From: Acidobacteriota bacterium
GTDB lineage: Bacteria > Actinomycetota > Acidimicrobiia > Spongiisociales > UBA5794
Direction of reading: 5' to 3'
NCBI GenBank assembly: GCA_004356175.1
Contig: SMXV01000041.1
Location: 1-24,378, forward strand
DNA length: 24,378 nucleotides
Shown here piece after piece: positions 1 to 9,377 of this stretch (the first letter of the stretch is position 1; each line of letters begins with the position of its first letter). The notes beneath the pieces were generated by a model, which had not been told where the DNA came from, made no database searches, and saw only the letters and a program-made list of their open reading frames with translations. Made by a program: the position numbers and the translations under genes.

Positions 1-70
1 AGGCCCACCAACGACTCGGCTTCGCCGTGTTCGAACTTCGTCTCGCTCCATGCTCTTTCAAGGACATCGA

Positions 71-1822
71 ATGATCCCGGTACGTGCCTACTTCAAACTC
101 TTCTCCGGATACCTCCGGCCGTACCGCTCTCAAGCGGTGCTGCTTTCGGTCGTCCTGCTCACATCCATTGCGTTTCAACTGGTCAATCCGCAGCTGGTCA
201 AACGTTTCATCGATGGAGCGACAAGCGGCCAAGCGACATCGGCTCTCCTGCCGCTTGCGATTGCGTTCATAGTCGTCGCGATTGTCCATCAACTACTGCT
301 CGTGTGGGCGACGTACCTTGCTGAGCAGATCGGGTGGTCTGCAACGAATCAGATGCGATCGGATCTTGCACACCATGTAATGCGTCTCGACATGGGTTTT
401 CACAAGGGCGCGAGTCCTGGCGAACTGATTGAACGCATCGACGGCGACGTGACTGCCCTCTCCAATTTCTTCTCATCAATGATGATCAAGGTCGTTGGCA
501 ACGGCATTCTCCTCGTGGGAATCCTGGTACTTCTGTGGCGAGAATCGTGGGTGATTGGACTGGCAATCACCGTGTTCACGACTTTCACGCTGCTAGCGCT
601 CTTCAGACTCCACGGAATCACTGTGCCGTGGCACAAAGCCATCCGGGCGACAAGCGCCGAACTGTACGGCTTCATCGCGGAGCAGATGGACGGAACTGAG
701 GACATCCAAGCAAACGGTGCCACAGGCTTCATGCTTTCGAAGTTCGATGCCATTCATCGAAAGTGGCTTCCCCAGGTGGTGCGTGGCTGGACGGGATGGG
801 CCATGATGTGGAGCGCTTCATTGGCCCTCTTCTTCACGTCACTCGCTGTCGTGTTTGTTGTCGGCTCGTGGCAATTCAGCATCGGCACCTTGACACTCGG
901 TGGTGTCTATCTCGTCTTTCAATACGTCAACCTCGCCAACGATCCAATTGAGTACATCCGAGAGGAGTTGATCGACCTACAGAAGGCTGGCGCGTCAATC
1001 GACAGGGTTGAAACGCTGTTTGCACGCTCCTCTGTGCTTGTCCAAAGGAACGATTTGCATCTGGACAAAGGTCCGCTGAGCGTAGAGTTCAGGGGCGTCA
1101 CGTTTGGGTATAACGACGAAGCCGGGAACGAGACGATCCTCGACGATGTGTCATTTGACATCGCGCCTGGACGTGTTGTCGGTCTGCTTGGCAGGACAGG
1201 GTCTGGCAAATCGACGATTGCCAGACTCGTCACAAAGATGTACGAGCCACAAAGCGGCGCCGTCCTTATCGGCGGGACCGCAACGTGGGACGTCGACGTC
1301 GCCCACCTTCGGCAACGCGTGGCCATGGTGACGCAAGATGTGCAGTTGTTCAGGGCAACAGTGCGCGACAACCTCACGTTCTTCGATGCTTCAGTGAATG
1401 ACAAGACGTTGCACGATGTGATTGAGCGCCTTGAGCTCGATGAGTGGTTCGCATCGCTACCCCAGGGCCTCGACACCATGCTCGACGCAAACGGCGGTGG
1501 ACTCTCCGCAGGCCAAGCGCAACTGCTCGCGTTCACAAGAGTCTTCCTGCGCGACCCAGGAGTTGTGGTGCTCGACGAGGCGTCGTCACGACTGGATCCA
1601 GCCACCGAAGCTCTGCTCGAGAGAGCTGTAAACCACCTGCTGCGCGACAGAACCGGAGTCTTGATCGCCCACCGGCTGGCAACCGTGGATCGGGCAGACG
1701 ACATCGTGATTCTCGACGGCGGCAGGATCATCGAGCACGGCGCCAGGCAGCAACTCGCTGACGACCCGAACTCCACATTGTCGCGACTTCTGGTCACTGG
1801 AATGGAGCAGGCACTCGTATGA
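71..1822 (+). CDS. ABC exporter, fused permease/ATPase, subunit 1 of a probable heterodimer
   Basis: N-terminal TM helices; Walker A GRTGSGKS, signature LSAGQ, Walker B VVVLDEA, H-loop IAH. ATG at 71 (preceded by AAGGA) preferred over ATG at 50. Confidence 0.92.
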   Translation: MIPVRAYFKLFSGYLRPYRSQAVLLSVVLLTSIAFQLVNPQLVKRFIDGATSGQATSALLPLAIAFIVVAIVHQLLLVWATYLAEQIGWSATNQMRSDLAHHVMRLDMGFHKGASPGELIERIDGDVTALSNFFSSMMIKVVGNGILLVGILVLLWRESWVIGLAITVFTTFTLLALFRLHGITVPWHKAIRATSAELYGFIAEQMDGTEDIQANGATGFMLSKFDAIHRKWLPQVVRGWTGWAMMWSASLALFFTSLAVVFVVGSWQFSIGTLTLGGVYLVFQYVNLANDPIEYIREELIDLQKAGASIDRVETLFARSSVLVQRNDLHLDKGPLSVEFRGVTFGYNDEAGNETILDDVSFDIAPGRVVGLLGRTGSGKSTIARLVTKMYEPQSGAVLIGGTATWDVDVAHLRQRVAMVTQDVQLFRATVRDNLTFFDASVNDKTLHDVIERLELDEWFASLPQGLDTMLDANGGGLSAGQAQLLAFTRVFLRDPGVVVLDEASSRLDPATEALLERAVNHLLRDRTGVLIAHRLATVDRADDIVILDGGRIIEHGARQQLADDPNSTLSRLLVTGMEQALV

Positions 1823-3630
1823 CGAACGAAGCCAAAATCTCGTTCTGGCGCGTCCAGGCCAGGATGATGGCAGCACAACCAATCCGATACGGCGTTGCTC
1901 TGTTTCTGTGGATTGGCATCTGGACGATGCCGGTACTCGTAGGCCTCATCGCTGCCCGATTCTTCGAAGCGCTCGTTGACGGCGTCGACAGGAACGGGGT
2001 AGCCATGGCTGTCGTCGCACTCTTCGGATACGCTGCTTTTAGAGCTGTCTTCATCGTGCTCGGCATGCGTAACCATGCGTCCCTCCTCTTCCGAGCCGGC
2101 AACACAATGAGACGCAACCTACTCGTGCGTATCTACGAGCTTCCGGGAGCAGTTGGCACATCGGAGACACCAGGTCAGATCGTCAGCAAGTTCAGGGACG
2201 ATACCGAGCACATCGTGCAACCCTTCGACCTATTTGTCGATTTCGTGGGAGGGATTGTCTCCGGAACGATCTCGTTCGCGATCATGTATTCAATCGCACC
2301 CACGACCACACTCATCGTCGCGATTCCTGTGGTTGTCGTCGGTGTCGTCGCAAATCGCACTGGAGGACTCGTCCGCCGATATCGCACGGTCGCGCGTGAC
2401 ACGACCGAAGCTATTACGGGTTTTCTCGGAGAGACGTTCGGTGCGATCCAGTCGGTAAAGGTTGCTGGTGCCGAGTCTCACATGCTCTCGAGGTTCAACA
2501 GTCTCAACAACGAGAGGCGGTTGGCGATGATCAAGGACCGGACGCTGACATCGGTGCTCGAGGCGACCTTCAGAAGTACGGTGAATGTTGGAACAGGCAT
2601 CGTCCTGCTGCTTGCGGCTGGCACGCTCAATGCGACAGGCTCATCGGGCATGTCCCTCGCGCAGTTCGCACTGTTCGTCTACCTGTTGGCACTCGTCACT
2701 GATTCTGCGTACTTCTACGGTGTGTATATCGCACGATCGAAGCAGGGAAGTGTCAGCATGGAGCGCCTCAGTGCCGTGATGGCCGGTCAGCCGTGGCAGC
2801 GCATAGTCAAGTCGACTGAACTCGGGCTCGACAGTGATACCCCCACTGCTCCACCGTATGTTGGTGTTCCCGAGCCATTCGAGTCGCTCTCGATTCGCGG
2901 TCTGACGTTCCACTACGGCGACACGCATCATGGAATTGACGATGTCGATCTCGACATTGCGGCGGGCGAGTTCGTTGTTATCACAGGGAGGATCGGATCC
3001 GGCAAGACAACGCTGGTCCGCACCATTCTGGGCCTGCTCCCGCGCGACTCCGGCACAATCACCTGGAATGGTGAGGAGGTCAATGAGCCTTCGACGTGGT
3101 GCGTACCGCCACGCGTTGCGTACACGCCACAGGCACCCAAGCTGTTCTCCATGTCTCTGCGCGAGAATCTGATTCTGGGATCCGACCTGGAATCCGGACG
3201 ACTTGATGAATCGATTTACATTGCAACGATGGAGCAGGACATCGAGGCAATGACTGGCGGCCTCGAGACCATGATTGGTCCGCGGGGCGTCCGCCTCTCG
3301 GGAGGACAGATTCAACGGTCAGCTGCGGCACGCATGTTGACACGGCCAGCGCAACTGCTGGTACTCGATGACGTGTCATCGGCACTCGATGTCGAGACGG
3401 AGCAGACACTCTGGCGCAGGCTCTCCGAGACGAGAAAGGGTGTTGCATCGTTGGTGATTTCACACCGACATGCCGCTCTTGCACGAGCCGACAGGGTCAT
3501 TGTGATGGAGAACGGTCGGATTGTCGCCGTTGGGACCGCCAGCGAACTAACAAAGACGTCAGAGACGTTCCAGGCGATCTGGGAAGGTCCCAAGAAAGGA
3601 ACCAGGAGGAACGGTTCTAGCCACGCGTGA
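1819..3630 (+). CDS. ABC exporter, fused permease/ATPase, subunit 2
   Basis: ATGA overlap with upstream gene; Walker A GRIGSGKT, signature LSGGQ, Walker B LLVLDDV, H-loop ISH. Confidence 0.92.
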   Translation: MTNEAKISFWRVQARMMAAQPIRYGVALFLWIGIWTMPVLVGLIAARFFEALVDGVDRNGVAMAVVALFGYAAFRAVFIVLGMRNHASLLFRAGNTMRRNLLVRIYELPGAVGTSETPGQIVSKFRDDTEHIVQPFDLFVDFVGGIVSGTISFAIMYSIAPTTTLIVAIPVVVVGVVANRTGGLVRRYRTVARDTTEAITGFLGETFGAIQSVKVAGAESHMLSRFNSLNNERRLAMIKDRTLTSVLEATFRSTVNVGTGIVLLLAAGTLNATGSSGMSLAQFALFVYLLALVTDSAYFYGVYIARSKQGSVSMERLSAVMAGQPWQRIVKSTELGLDSDTPTAPPYVGVPEPFESLSIRGLTFHYGDTHHGIDDVDLDIAAGEFVVITGRIGSGKTTLVRTILGLLPRDSGTITWNGEEVNEPSTWCVPPRVAYTPQAPKLFSMSLRENLILGSDLESGRLDESIYIATMEQDIEAMTGGLETMIGPRGVRLSGGQIQRSAAARMLTRPAQLLVLDDVSSALDVETEQTLWRRLSETRKGVASLVISHRHAALARADRVIVMENGRIVAVGTASELTKTSETFQAIWEGPKKGTRRNGSSHA

Positions 3631-4210
3631 TGGAGAAGATCTCGATCTCGAATGTGAGCGCTTCGCCTGCAAGAGCGTGGTTGGCATCAAGCGTCACGAT
3701 CTCGTCTGTGATGGAGATGACTGTGACGGCTTGACCACTTGTGAGGAACACCTCATCGCCGACCTTCGCGTCACCCTGCTCGGGGTTGAAAGGAACTTCG
3801 ATGACGTTGTCCTCGCTCCATTCGCCATACGCGTCCTTTGGCTCGATCCGAACTGTGCGAACGTCGCCCACTTTGCCGCCGCGGACCGCGTCGTCAAATC
3901 CGCCGATCACCTGACCGACGCCCACGGTGAATGTGAACGGCACACCACGATCACGCGATGAGTCGAACTGTGATCCGTCGTCAAGGGTGCCCACGTAGTG
4001 AACCTCAAGAATGTCTCCGTCCTGCACTATCAGCGAGTCTCCCTCCTGGGACTGGACTCCGGCGTCCACGGTCGTCGACGTTGCGGCTGAATCAGCGCCG
4101 GTCGTGGTGGTTGGATTGTCCGCTGGCGCGCCGTCAGAAGTGGCACTGCTGCATCCAGCACCAAGCAATGCCAGTGCCGACAAAGCTACAACGAATGTGC
4201 GAAGACGCAT
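3617..4210 (-). CDS. FKBP-type peptidyl-prolyl isomerase (SlyD/SlpA-like with insert-in-flap domain), predicted lipoprotein
   Basis: VHYVGTLDDGSQFDSS...FTVGVGQVIGGF...AYG...DANHALAGEALTFEIEI. The start at 4210 gives MRLRTFVVALSALALLGAGC, a signal peptide II with lipobox. 3' end overlaps the ABC gene by 14 bp. Confidence 0.88.
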   Translation of the reverse strand: MRLRTFVVALSALALLGAGCSSATSDGAPADNPTTTTGADSAATSTTVDAGVQSQEGDSLIVQDGDILEVHYVGTLDDGSQFDSSRDRGVPFTFTVGVGQVIGGFDDAVRGGKVGDVRTVRIEPKDAYGEWSEDNVIEVPFNPEQGDAKVGDEVFLTSGQAVTVISITDEIVTLDANHALAGEALTFEIEIFSITRG

Positions 4211-4328
4211 GGGTTCTCCAAGAATTGGTGGATACACCAAGGGTATCAAGAAGGGTGGCTATCGCGGGTCGCCGGACCCGGAGGACCGCAAGATCGTAAG
4301 ACGGCATTGATTGGCACGCCTGCTCGCT

Positions 4329-4375
4329 GTTCCCCCTGGCGGCAAGGGCCGCCGGTCCCACCTTCAGGGGGGGAC
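4329..4375. repeat. GC-rich nested stem-loop (REP-like) between divergent genes
   Basis: GGCGGC-AAGG-GCCGCC (4338-4353) nested inside GTTCCCCCT (4329-4337) / AGGGGGGGAC (4366-4375). Confidence 0.5.
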
Positions 4376-4455
4376 GAACCTGCGGAGCTTGCAGCCCATG
4401 TACCAACTACGCCCGATGTGTCTGCTCGAAAGGCAACCGTCCCTCGGGGGGTGAG

Positions 4456-4461
4456 TACCCT
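4456..4461 (+). promoter_or_regulatory. Putative -10 element (TACCCT), leaderless transcript
   Basis: TANNNT 6 nt upstream of ATG 4468. Confidence 0.5.
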
Positions 4462-4467
4462 GCGGGG

Positions 4468-6234
4468 ATGGCCACCTATACGCCGCCGGTTCGCGACATG
4501 CTGTTTGTGCTTGACACGATTGGGGATCTCGACTCGATACTAAATCTTCCAGATTTCGGTCATGTTGATATCGAGACGGTTGAGGGCGTGCTCAGCGAAG
4601 CTGCTCGTTTCTTCTCGGAGGTCTTTGCTCCAACAAACGAAATTGGCGACCGGAAAGGCGTGTCGCTGGAAGACGGAAGCGTAATCACGCCCGACGAGTT
4701 CAAACCTGTCTGGTCGAAGCTGGTCGAATCTGGATGGACCGCGGTGACCGGCTCACAGGACTTTGGTGGCCACGGCTTCCCAAGGACAATTGGACTGGCA
4801 CTCTCTGAAATGATGACGTCAGCGAATCTTGCGTTCTCACTCATACCGATGCTCACTGGGAGCGGTATCACGCTGCTGACCCGACATGGCAGCGATGAAC
4901 TCCGCGACAAGTACCTCGCGAACCTCATCTCATGCGAGTGGACCGGCACGATGGTACTGACCGAACCGCAGGCCGGGTCTGACCTCGGCGCGATACGGAC
5001 CAAGGCGGTTCCCAACAGAGACGGCACCTACGCAATCAGCGGCACGAAAATCTTCATCACATGGGGCGACCACGATCTCGCAGACAACATCATTCACATG
5101 GTCCTTGCACGAACCGAGGATGCGCCTCCCGGTACGAATGGAATCTCACTATTCCTCGTACCAAAGTTTCGGCTTGATGCCGACGGTTCCCCGGCGGAAC
5201 TGAATGAAATCGAAGTCGTGTCGATCGAGCACAAACTCGGTATTCACGCAAGCCCGACATGCGTGCTCTCGTTCGACGGCGCAACAGGATTTCTCGTCGG
5301 AGAAGAGAACCAGGGCATGCGCTACATGTTCACCATGATGAACCAGGCGCGCCTCGAAGTCGGGCTTGAAGGGCTCTCCGTAGCCGAACGGGCGTATGAA
5401 CATGCAGCGGAGTACGCAAAACAACGCTTGCAGGGACGCGCACTCGGGTCCTCGGAGCCGTCTCCAATCATCGAGCACGCTGACGTGCGCCGGACCCTTA
5501 TGACCATGAAGGCGTATACCGAATCCATGCGATGCCTGGTCTACGCGGCGGCGGCTGCCGACGATGTTCTTCACAGTGCACATTCCGAAGCGGAACGACT
5601 CGAAGCAGGTAACAGACTCGCGCTGCTGACACCGATAGCAAAGTCATGGTGCACAGACCGCGGCGTCGAAGTCGCATCAATGGGGATTCAAGTCTTTGGC
5701 GGCATGGGATTCATCGAGGAGTCCGGCGCCGCACAGTTCTATAGAGACGTACGGATCACGCCAATCTATGAAGGCACGAACGGAATTCAAGCCATCGACC
5801 TCGTAATGCGGAAGCTGCCAATGGACAACGGCGCCGTCATCGAAAAGTACCTTGCGGAGATTGAGGCTCTTGATGCCGAGCTCGAAAGGGCTGGAGAGCC
5901 ACTCGCTGGGGTGCGAACCGAACTGGCAAACGCTACAAAGGTCGTGCGCAAGGCCACGTCGTGGTTGAATTCGTCGCCCGATGTTCAGGCCAGAATGGCC
6001 GGTGCAACACCGTACCAAGAGATGCTCGGAACGCTCGCTGGCGGGTACTACCTTGCCGTGAGTGCACTTGTAGCGTTGCCCCATGTGGACAAAGACCCGT
6101 GGATGTCTGCAAAGGTCACCACAGCAACGTTCTATGCAACCAACCTGTTGCCGAAGGTCCATGGGCTTATCGGCTCGGCCATAGGGGGGTCGAATCTTAT
6201 CTTTGCCATAGACCCGCAGTACATCGGCGGTTAG
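4468..6234 (+). CDS. Acyl-CoA dehydrogenase (long ~590 aa, DmdC-like subfamily)
   Basis: GTMVLTEPQAGSDLG, ISGTKIFITWG, IEHKLGIHASPT, GGMGFIEE, RDVRITPIYEGTNGIQAIDL. Substrate cannot be assigned from sequence. Confidence 0.93.
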   Translation: MATYTPPVRDMLFVLDTIGDLDSILNLPDFGHVDIETVEGVLSEAARFFSEVFAPTNEIGDRKGVSLEDGSVITPDEFKPVWSKLVESGWTAVTGSQDFGGHGFPRTIGLALSEMMTSANLAFSLIPMLTGSGITLLTRHGSDELRDKYLANLISCEWTGTMVLTEPQAGSDLGAIRTKAVPNRDGTYAISGTKIFITWGDHDLADNIIHMVLARTEDAPPGTNGISLFLVPKFRLDADGSPAELNEIEVVSIEHKLGIHASPTCVLSFDGATGFLVGEENQGMRYMFTMMNQARLEVGLEGLSVAERAYEHAAEYAKQRLQGRALGSSEPSPIIEHADVRRTLMTMKAYTESMRCLVYAAAAADDVLHSAHSEAERLEAGNRLALLTPIAKSWCTDRGVEVASMGIQVFGGMGFIEESGAAQFYRDVRITPIYEGTNGIQAIDLVMRKLPMDNGAVIEKYLAEIEALDAELERAGEPLAGVRTELANATKVVRKATSWLNSSPDVQARMAGATPYQEMLGTLAGGYYLAVSALVALPHVDKDPWMSAKVTTATFYATNLLPKVHGLIGSAIGGSNLIFAIDPQYIGG

Positions 6235-6485
6235 TGGCGTGGGTCGGTAGGGGTGTGTATGGCTCGGCGTTCAGACGCTCGAGTCGCAAGGGGCGAGGTT
6301 CCATCACTCCCGGTGGCGGAGTGGCGGAACCGAGCCCGCAGCGAGTAGTGATGCACGATCGTCAAGGCGTGCGCAGTCGATACGGACCTGTGCTCCTGAT
6401 AACCGCTCCACGTGAGAGGTGGACTATTCCCGAGGCGCGACTACCTTCAGCGAGGGGCATACCTCCTCTACCTCGCCCTCGGAGC

Positions 6486-7721
6486 ATGACTACAGACCAA
6501 ACCACTGAAACCGCGACATCCTTCGCCTCCCTGGGTGTGGCACCAGACCTGGTTGCGGAACTCGCAGCGAACGGGATTACCACCCCTTTCCCCATCCAAG
6601 AGATGACGATGGCCGACGCGATCGCGGGAAGAGACATCACCGGGAAAGCAGAGACAGGGTCCGGAAAGACCCTTGCGTTTGGGCTTCCCATGATTATGCG
6701 AGTGGAGAAGGCCAAACCAAAACGTCCACAAGGACTTGTCCTTGTACCGACACGTGAACTCGCAGTGCAAGTGACAAGGGCCCTCGCACCCCTCCTTGCG
6801 TTACGGGGGCTCACTGCGGTCTCGGTGTACGGCGGAGCACCGATGGAATCACAGACGTCAGCTCTCGTCGCAGGTGCCTCTATAGCAATTGCAACACCTG
6901 GCCGTCTTATTGACCTCCTGGAACGTCGAGCGCTCGATCCACGCGACATCCGAATCGTCACAATCGACGAGGCCGACCAGATGGCCGACATGGGATTCAT
7001 GCCCCAGGTCCGCGCAATTATGTCTCAACTACCCGAGAAGCGTCAAACGTTCCTTTTCTCGGCAACGCTTGATCACCAGGTCCAGGAACTCATCGATCGC
7101 TACATGACCGATCCGATTGATCATCGGGTTGATTCTGGCAGCGAAACAGTTGAGACGATGGAGCACCGATTTCTCAAGGTCCACTACATGGACAAGGCAA
7201 AGGTGGTGGCGGAGCTATCTCGCCACAACCACCGAATTCTGGCGTTTACCCGCACGAAGGCTGGTGCCGACCGCCTGTCAAAGGAACTCAAGGAGCTCGG
7301 TGTGGCATCCGCCCCCATCCACGGCGACCTACCTCAGCGCACCAGGGAGAAATCTCTGAGTAGATTCTCCGACGGAGATGTGAACGTACTGGTAGCGACA
7401 AACGTGGCAGCACGAGGGCTACACATTGACGGCGTCGACGTCGTCATCCATTTCGATCCGCCGGACGATCCCAAGACCTACCTGCATCGAAGCGGGAGAA
7501 CTGCGCGAGCTGGAGAGCAGGGACTCGTTGTGACTCTCGTCGAGTGGGACCAGGTCAACGAAGTTCTGGGGATTCAACGACGGGCTGACCTGAACATTCC
7601 GATTGTCAAGATGTTCTCGAACGATCCGCGCCTAGCGGAACTCGCTACGTGGCAACCTCCCCCTGAGGAGGCCCCGTTCACCGCAAAGTCAATCAAGAAA
7701 CGCAAACGACGCGGGTTCTGA
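6486..7721 (+). CDS. DEAD-box RNA helicase
   Basis: Q motif PFPIQ, AETGSGKT, PTRELA, TPGR, DEAD, SAT, AARGL, HRSGRTAR; basic C-terminal tail. ATG at 6486 follows GGAG; the ORF-track extension from 5961 overlaps the upstream gene. Confidence 0.93.
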   Translation: MTTDQTTETATSFASLGVAPDLVAELAANGITTPFPIQEMTMADAIAGRDITGKAETGSGKTLAFGLPMIMRVEKAKPKRPQGLVLVPTRELAVQVTRALAPLLALRGLTAVSVYGGAPMESQTSALVAGASIAIATPGRLIDLLERRALDPRDIRIVTIDEADQMADMGFMPQVRAIMSQLPEKRQTFLFSATLDHQVQELIDRYMTDPIDHRVDSGSETVETMEHRFLKVHYMDKAKVVAELSRHNHRILAFTRTKAGADRLSKELKELGVASAPIHGDLPQRTREKSLSRFSDGDVNVLVATNVAARGLHIDGVDVVIHFDPPDDPKTYLHRSGRTARAGEQGLVVTLVEWDQVNEVLGIQRRADLNIPIVKMFSNDPRLAELATWQPPPEEAPFTAKSIKKRKRRGF

Positions 7722-7750
7722 GTCAACTCACCATCACACAGGAGCGCCCA

Positions 7751-8260
7751 ATGGCCAACCAGTACAGCGAGCCGCCAGAACTGAAAATCGACCTGTCCAA
7801 GACGTACTCCGTTGTGCTCCACACAAGCGCCGGTGATATCACGGCAGACCTGTACGCAGCGGACGCACCTCAGACCGTCAACAACTTCGTATTCCTCGGG
7901 AATGAAGGCTTCTACGACGGCGTCATCTTCCACCGTATCATCCCGGGTTTCATGATCCAGGGCGGCGATCCGACGGGAACCGGTACGGGCGGCCCGGGAT
8001 ACAAGTTCCGGGACGAAACCCACTCTCGCACGAGCTACAAGCGTGGCACCCTCGCCATGGCAAACTCGGGACCGCATACGAATGGGTCCCAGTTCTTCAT
8101 CATGCACGCCGATTACGGACTCCCCAACCAGTACACGATTTTCGGCGAGGTGACCGAAGGGCTCAACATCGTCGATGCCATTGCGGCGGGTGCAACCGGA
8201 GCACAGGACCGGCCACACGCTCCTGTCACAATCGATTCCGTCACCGTCACCGAGAAGTAG
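7751..8260 (+). CDS. Cyclophilin-type peptidyl-prolyl isomerase
   Basis: APQTVNNF, FYDGVIFHRIIPGFMIQGGDP, LAMANSGPHTNGSQFFI; RBS CAGGAG. Confidence 0.95.
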   Translation: MANQYSEPPELKIDLSKTYSVVLHTSAGDITADLYAADAPQTVNNFVFLGNEGFYDGVIFHRIIPGFMIQGGDPTGTGTGGPGYKFRDETHSRTSYKRGTLAMANSGPHTNGSQFFIMHADYGLPNQYTIFGEVTEGLNIVDAIAAGATGAQDRPHAPVTIDSVTVTEK

Positions 8261-8302
8261 CCAGCCTCCGTTCGGCGAGGGACCACTGCGGGCGCACTGA
8301 TT

Positions 8303-8469
8303 ACTAGTGCCCTGTCCGGTAACGTTTGGGTTGTCGATGTCGATTCAGGGGCGTTGGTCGCAAGGACGCAGGACGAAGGCGTAGTCTGGACTGCGTTGAG
8401 GACGAGGACGCCGCGAGCGGCGTTCCTGGGCGATAGAACAGCGCAGAGGTTATCGGACAGGGGACTAGT
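8303..8469. mobile_element. MITE-like element or IS scar: 21-bp inverted repeats including terminal ACTAGT
   Basis: 8303-8323 ACTAGTGCCCTGTCCGGTAAC vs 8449-8469 GTTATCGGACAGGGGACTAGT (19/21 complementary); CTAG at both ends; no transposase. Confidence 0.55.
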
Positions 8470-8480
8470 GTCCAGTCATC

Positions 8481-9335
8481 ATGGACTGGCTGATTGATCC
8501 CTTCTCACACGCTTTCCAGCTACGGGCTCTCGTAGCAGGCTCACTTGCGGCCGTCGTGTTCGCAGTTGTCGGGACATGGGTCGTGATTCGAGGCATGACG
8601 TTCCTTGGGGACGCGCTTGTGCATGGTGTCATTCCAGGAATCGCGCTTGCAGTGCTGTTCGACTTCAATGTGCTACTCGGCGCAGTCGGCGCGGCCCTCG
8701 TCATGATTGCCGGTATCAATTTTGTACACCGACAGACCGAATTCTCAGAGGACACCGGCATCGGACTGCTCTTCGCTGGAATGCTCTCGGTTGGCGTCAT
8801 CTTGATCTCTACAACACCGAATGCGAGCCGGACGCTCACGGCCATCCTGTTTGGCAACGTTCTCGCGGTATCAGCGTCTGACATTGCCGTGCTTGCCGCT
8901 GTCGCGGTCGTATCGGTGGCCGGAACCATGTTGCTGTTTCGCAGACTGGTTGCCTTGTCGTTCAACGAACGAAAGGCCGAACTCCTCGGCCTCAATCCTC
9001 GCGCCACACACGCCATGCTTCTCGTACTGATCACTTTGGCGATAGTCGGCTCGTTCCAGACGGTTGGAACCCTGCTCGTATTTGGGCTAATGGTCGGCCC
9101 CCCCGCTACGGCCGCTTTGTTGGTGAGGAGAATCCCGACGATGATGATCACAGCGGGCGCAATCGGAGTCTTCTCTGTCGTCACAGGACTCGTAATCAGC
9201 TACCACGCTGACACATCTGGATCGGCGACGATGGCACTCATACCAATCGTTCTGTTCTTCACTGTGCTCGGCGCAAAAACAGTCACGACAAAACAACGTT
9301 CATCGGAGACCTCAGTCAAGAACTCAGCGACGTAG
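8481..9335 (+). CDS. Metal (Zn/Mn) ABC transporter permease, ZnuB/MntB/AztB family
   Basis: DPFSHAFQLRALVAG, FLGDALVHGVIPGIA, SEDTGIGLLF, ILFGNVLAV, SFQTVGTLLVFGLMVGPPATA. Confidence 0.9.
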   Translation: MDWLIDPFSHAFQLRALVAGSLAAVVFAVVGTWVVIRGMTFLGDALVHGVIPGIALAVLFDFNVLLGAVGAALVMIAGINFVHRQTEFSEDTGIGLLFAGMLSVGVILISTTPNASRTLTAILFGNVLAVSASDIAVLAAVAVVSVAGTMLLFRRLVALSFNERKAELLGLNPRATHAMLLVLITLAIVGSFQTVGTLLVFGLMVGPPATAALLVRRIPTMMITAGAIGVFSVVTGLVISYHADTSGSATMALIPIVLFFTVLGAKTVTTKQRSSETSVKNSAT

Positions 9336-9377
9336 GTAACTGCCGCTCTTGCGTGTCACCTGATCGATGTCGTTCGT

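Noticed and set aside
919-2076. 385-aa antisense ORF (likewise 11865-12827, 12970-13794, 14372-15187, 22555-23259 and others)
   Set aside because: Shadow ORFs opposite well-supported genes, Ser/Arg-rich with no recognisable motifs; expected in GC-rich DNA.
5961-6485. 175-aa N-terminal extension of the DEAD-box ORF in the track
   Set aside because: Overlaps the acyl-CoA dehydrogenase on the same strand, has no helicase-like sequence, and a good RBS plus ATG exist at 6481-6488.
8309-8470. Short reading frame (…GNVWVVDVDSGALVART…) resembling a beta-propeller strand, tempting as an AztD-like remnant next to the metal permease
   Set aside because: Too short, no start or RBS, and it lies within the inverted-repeat element; unsupported without a search.
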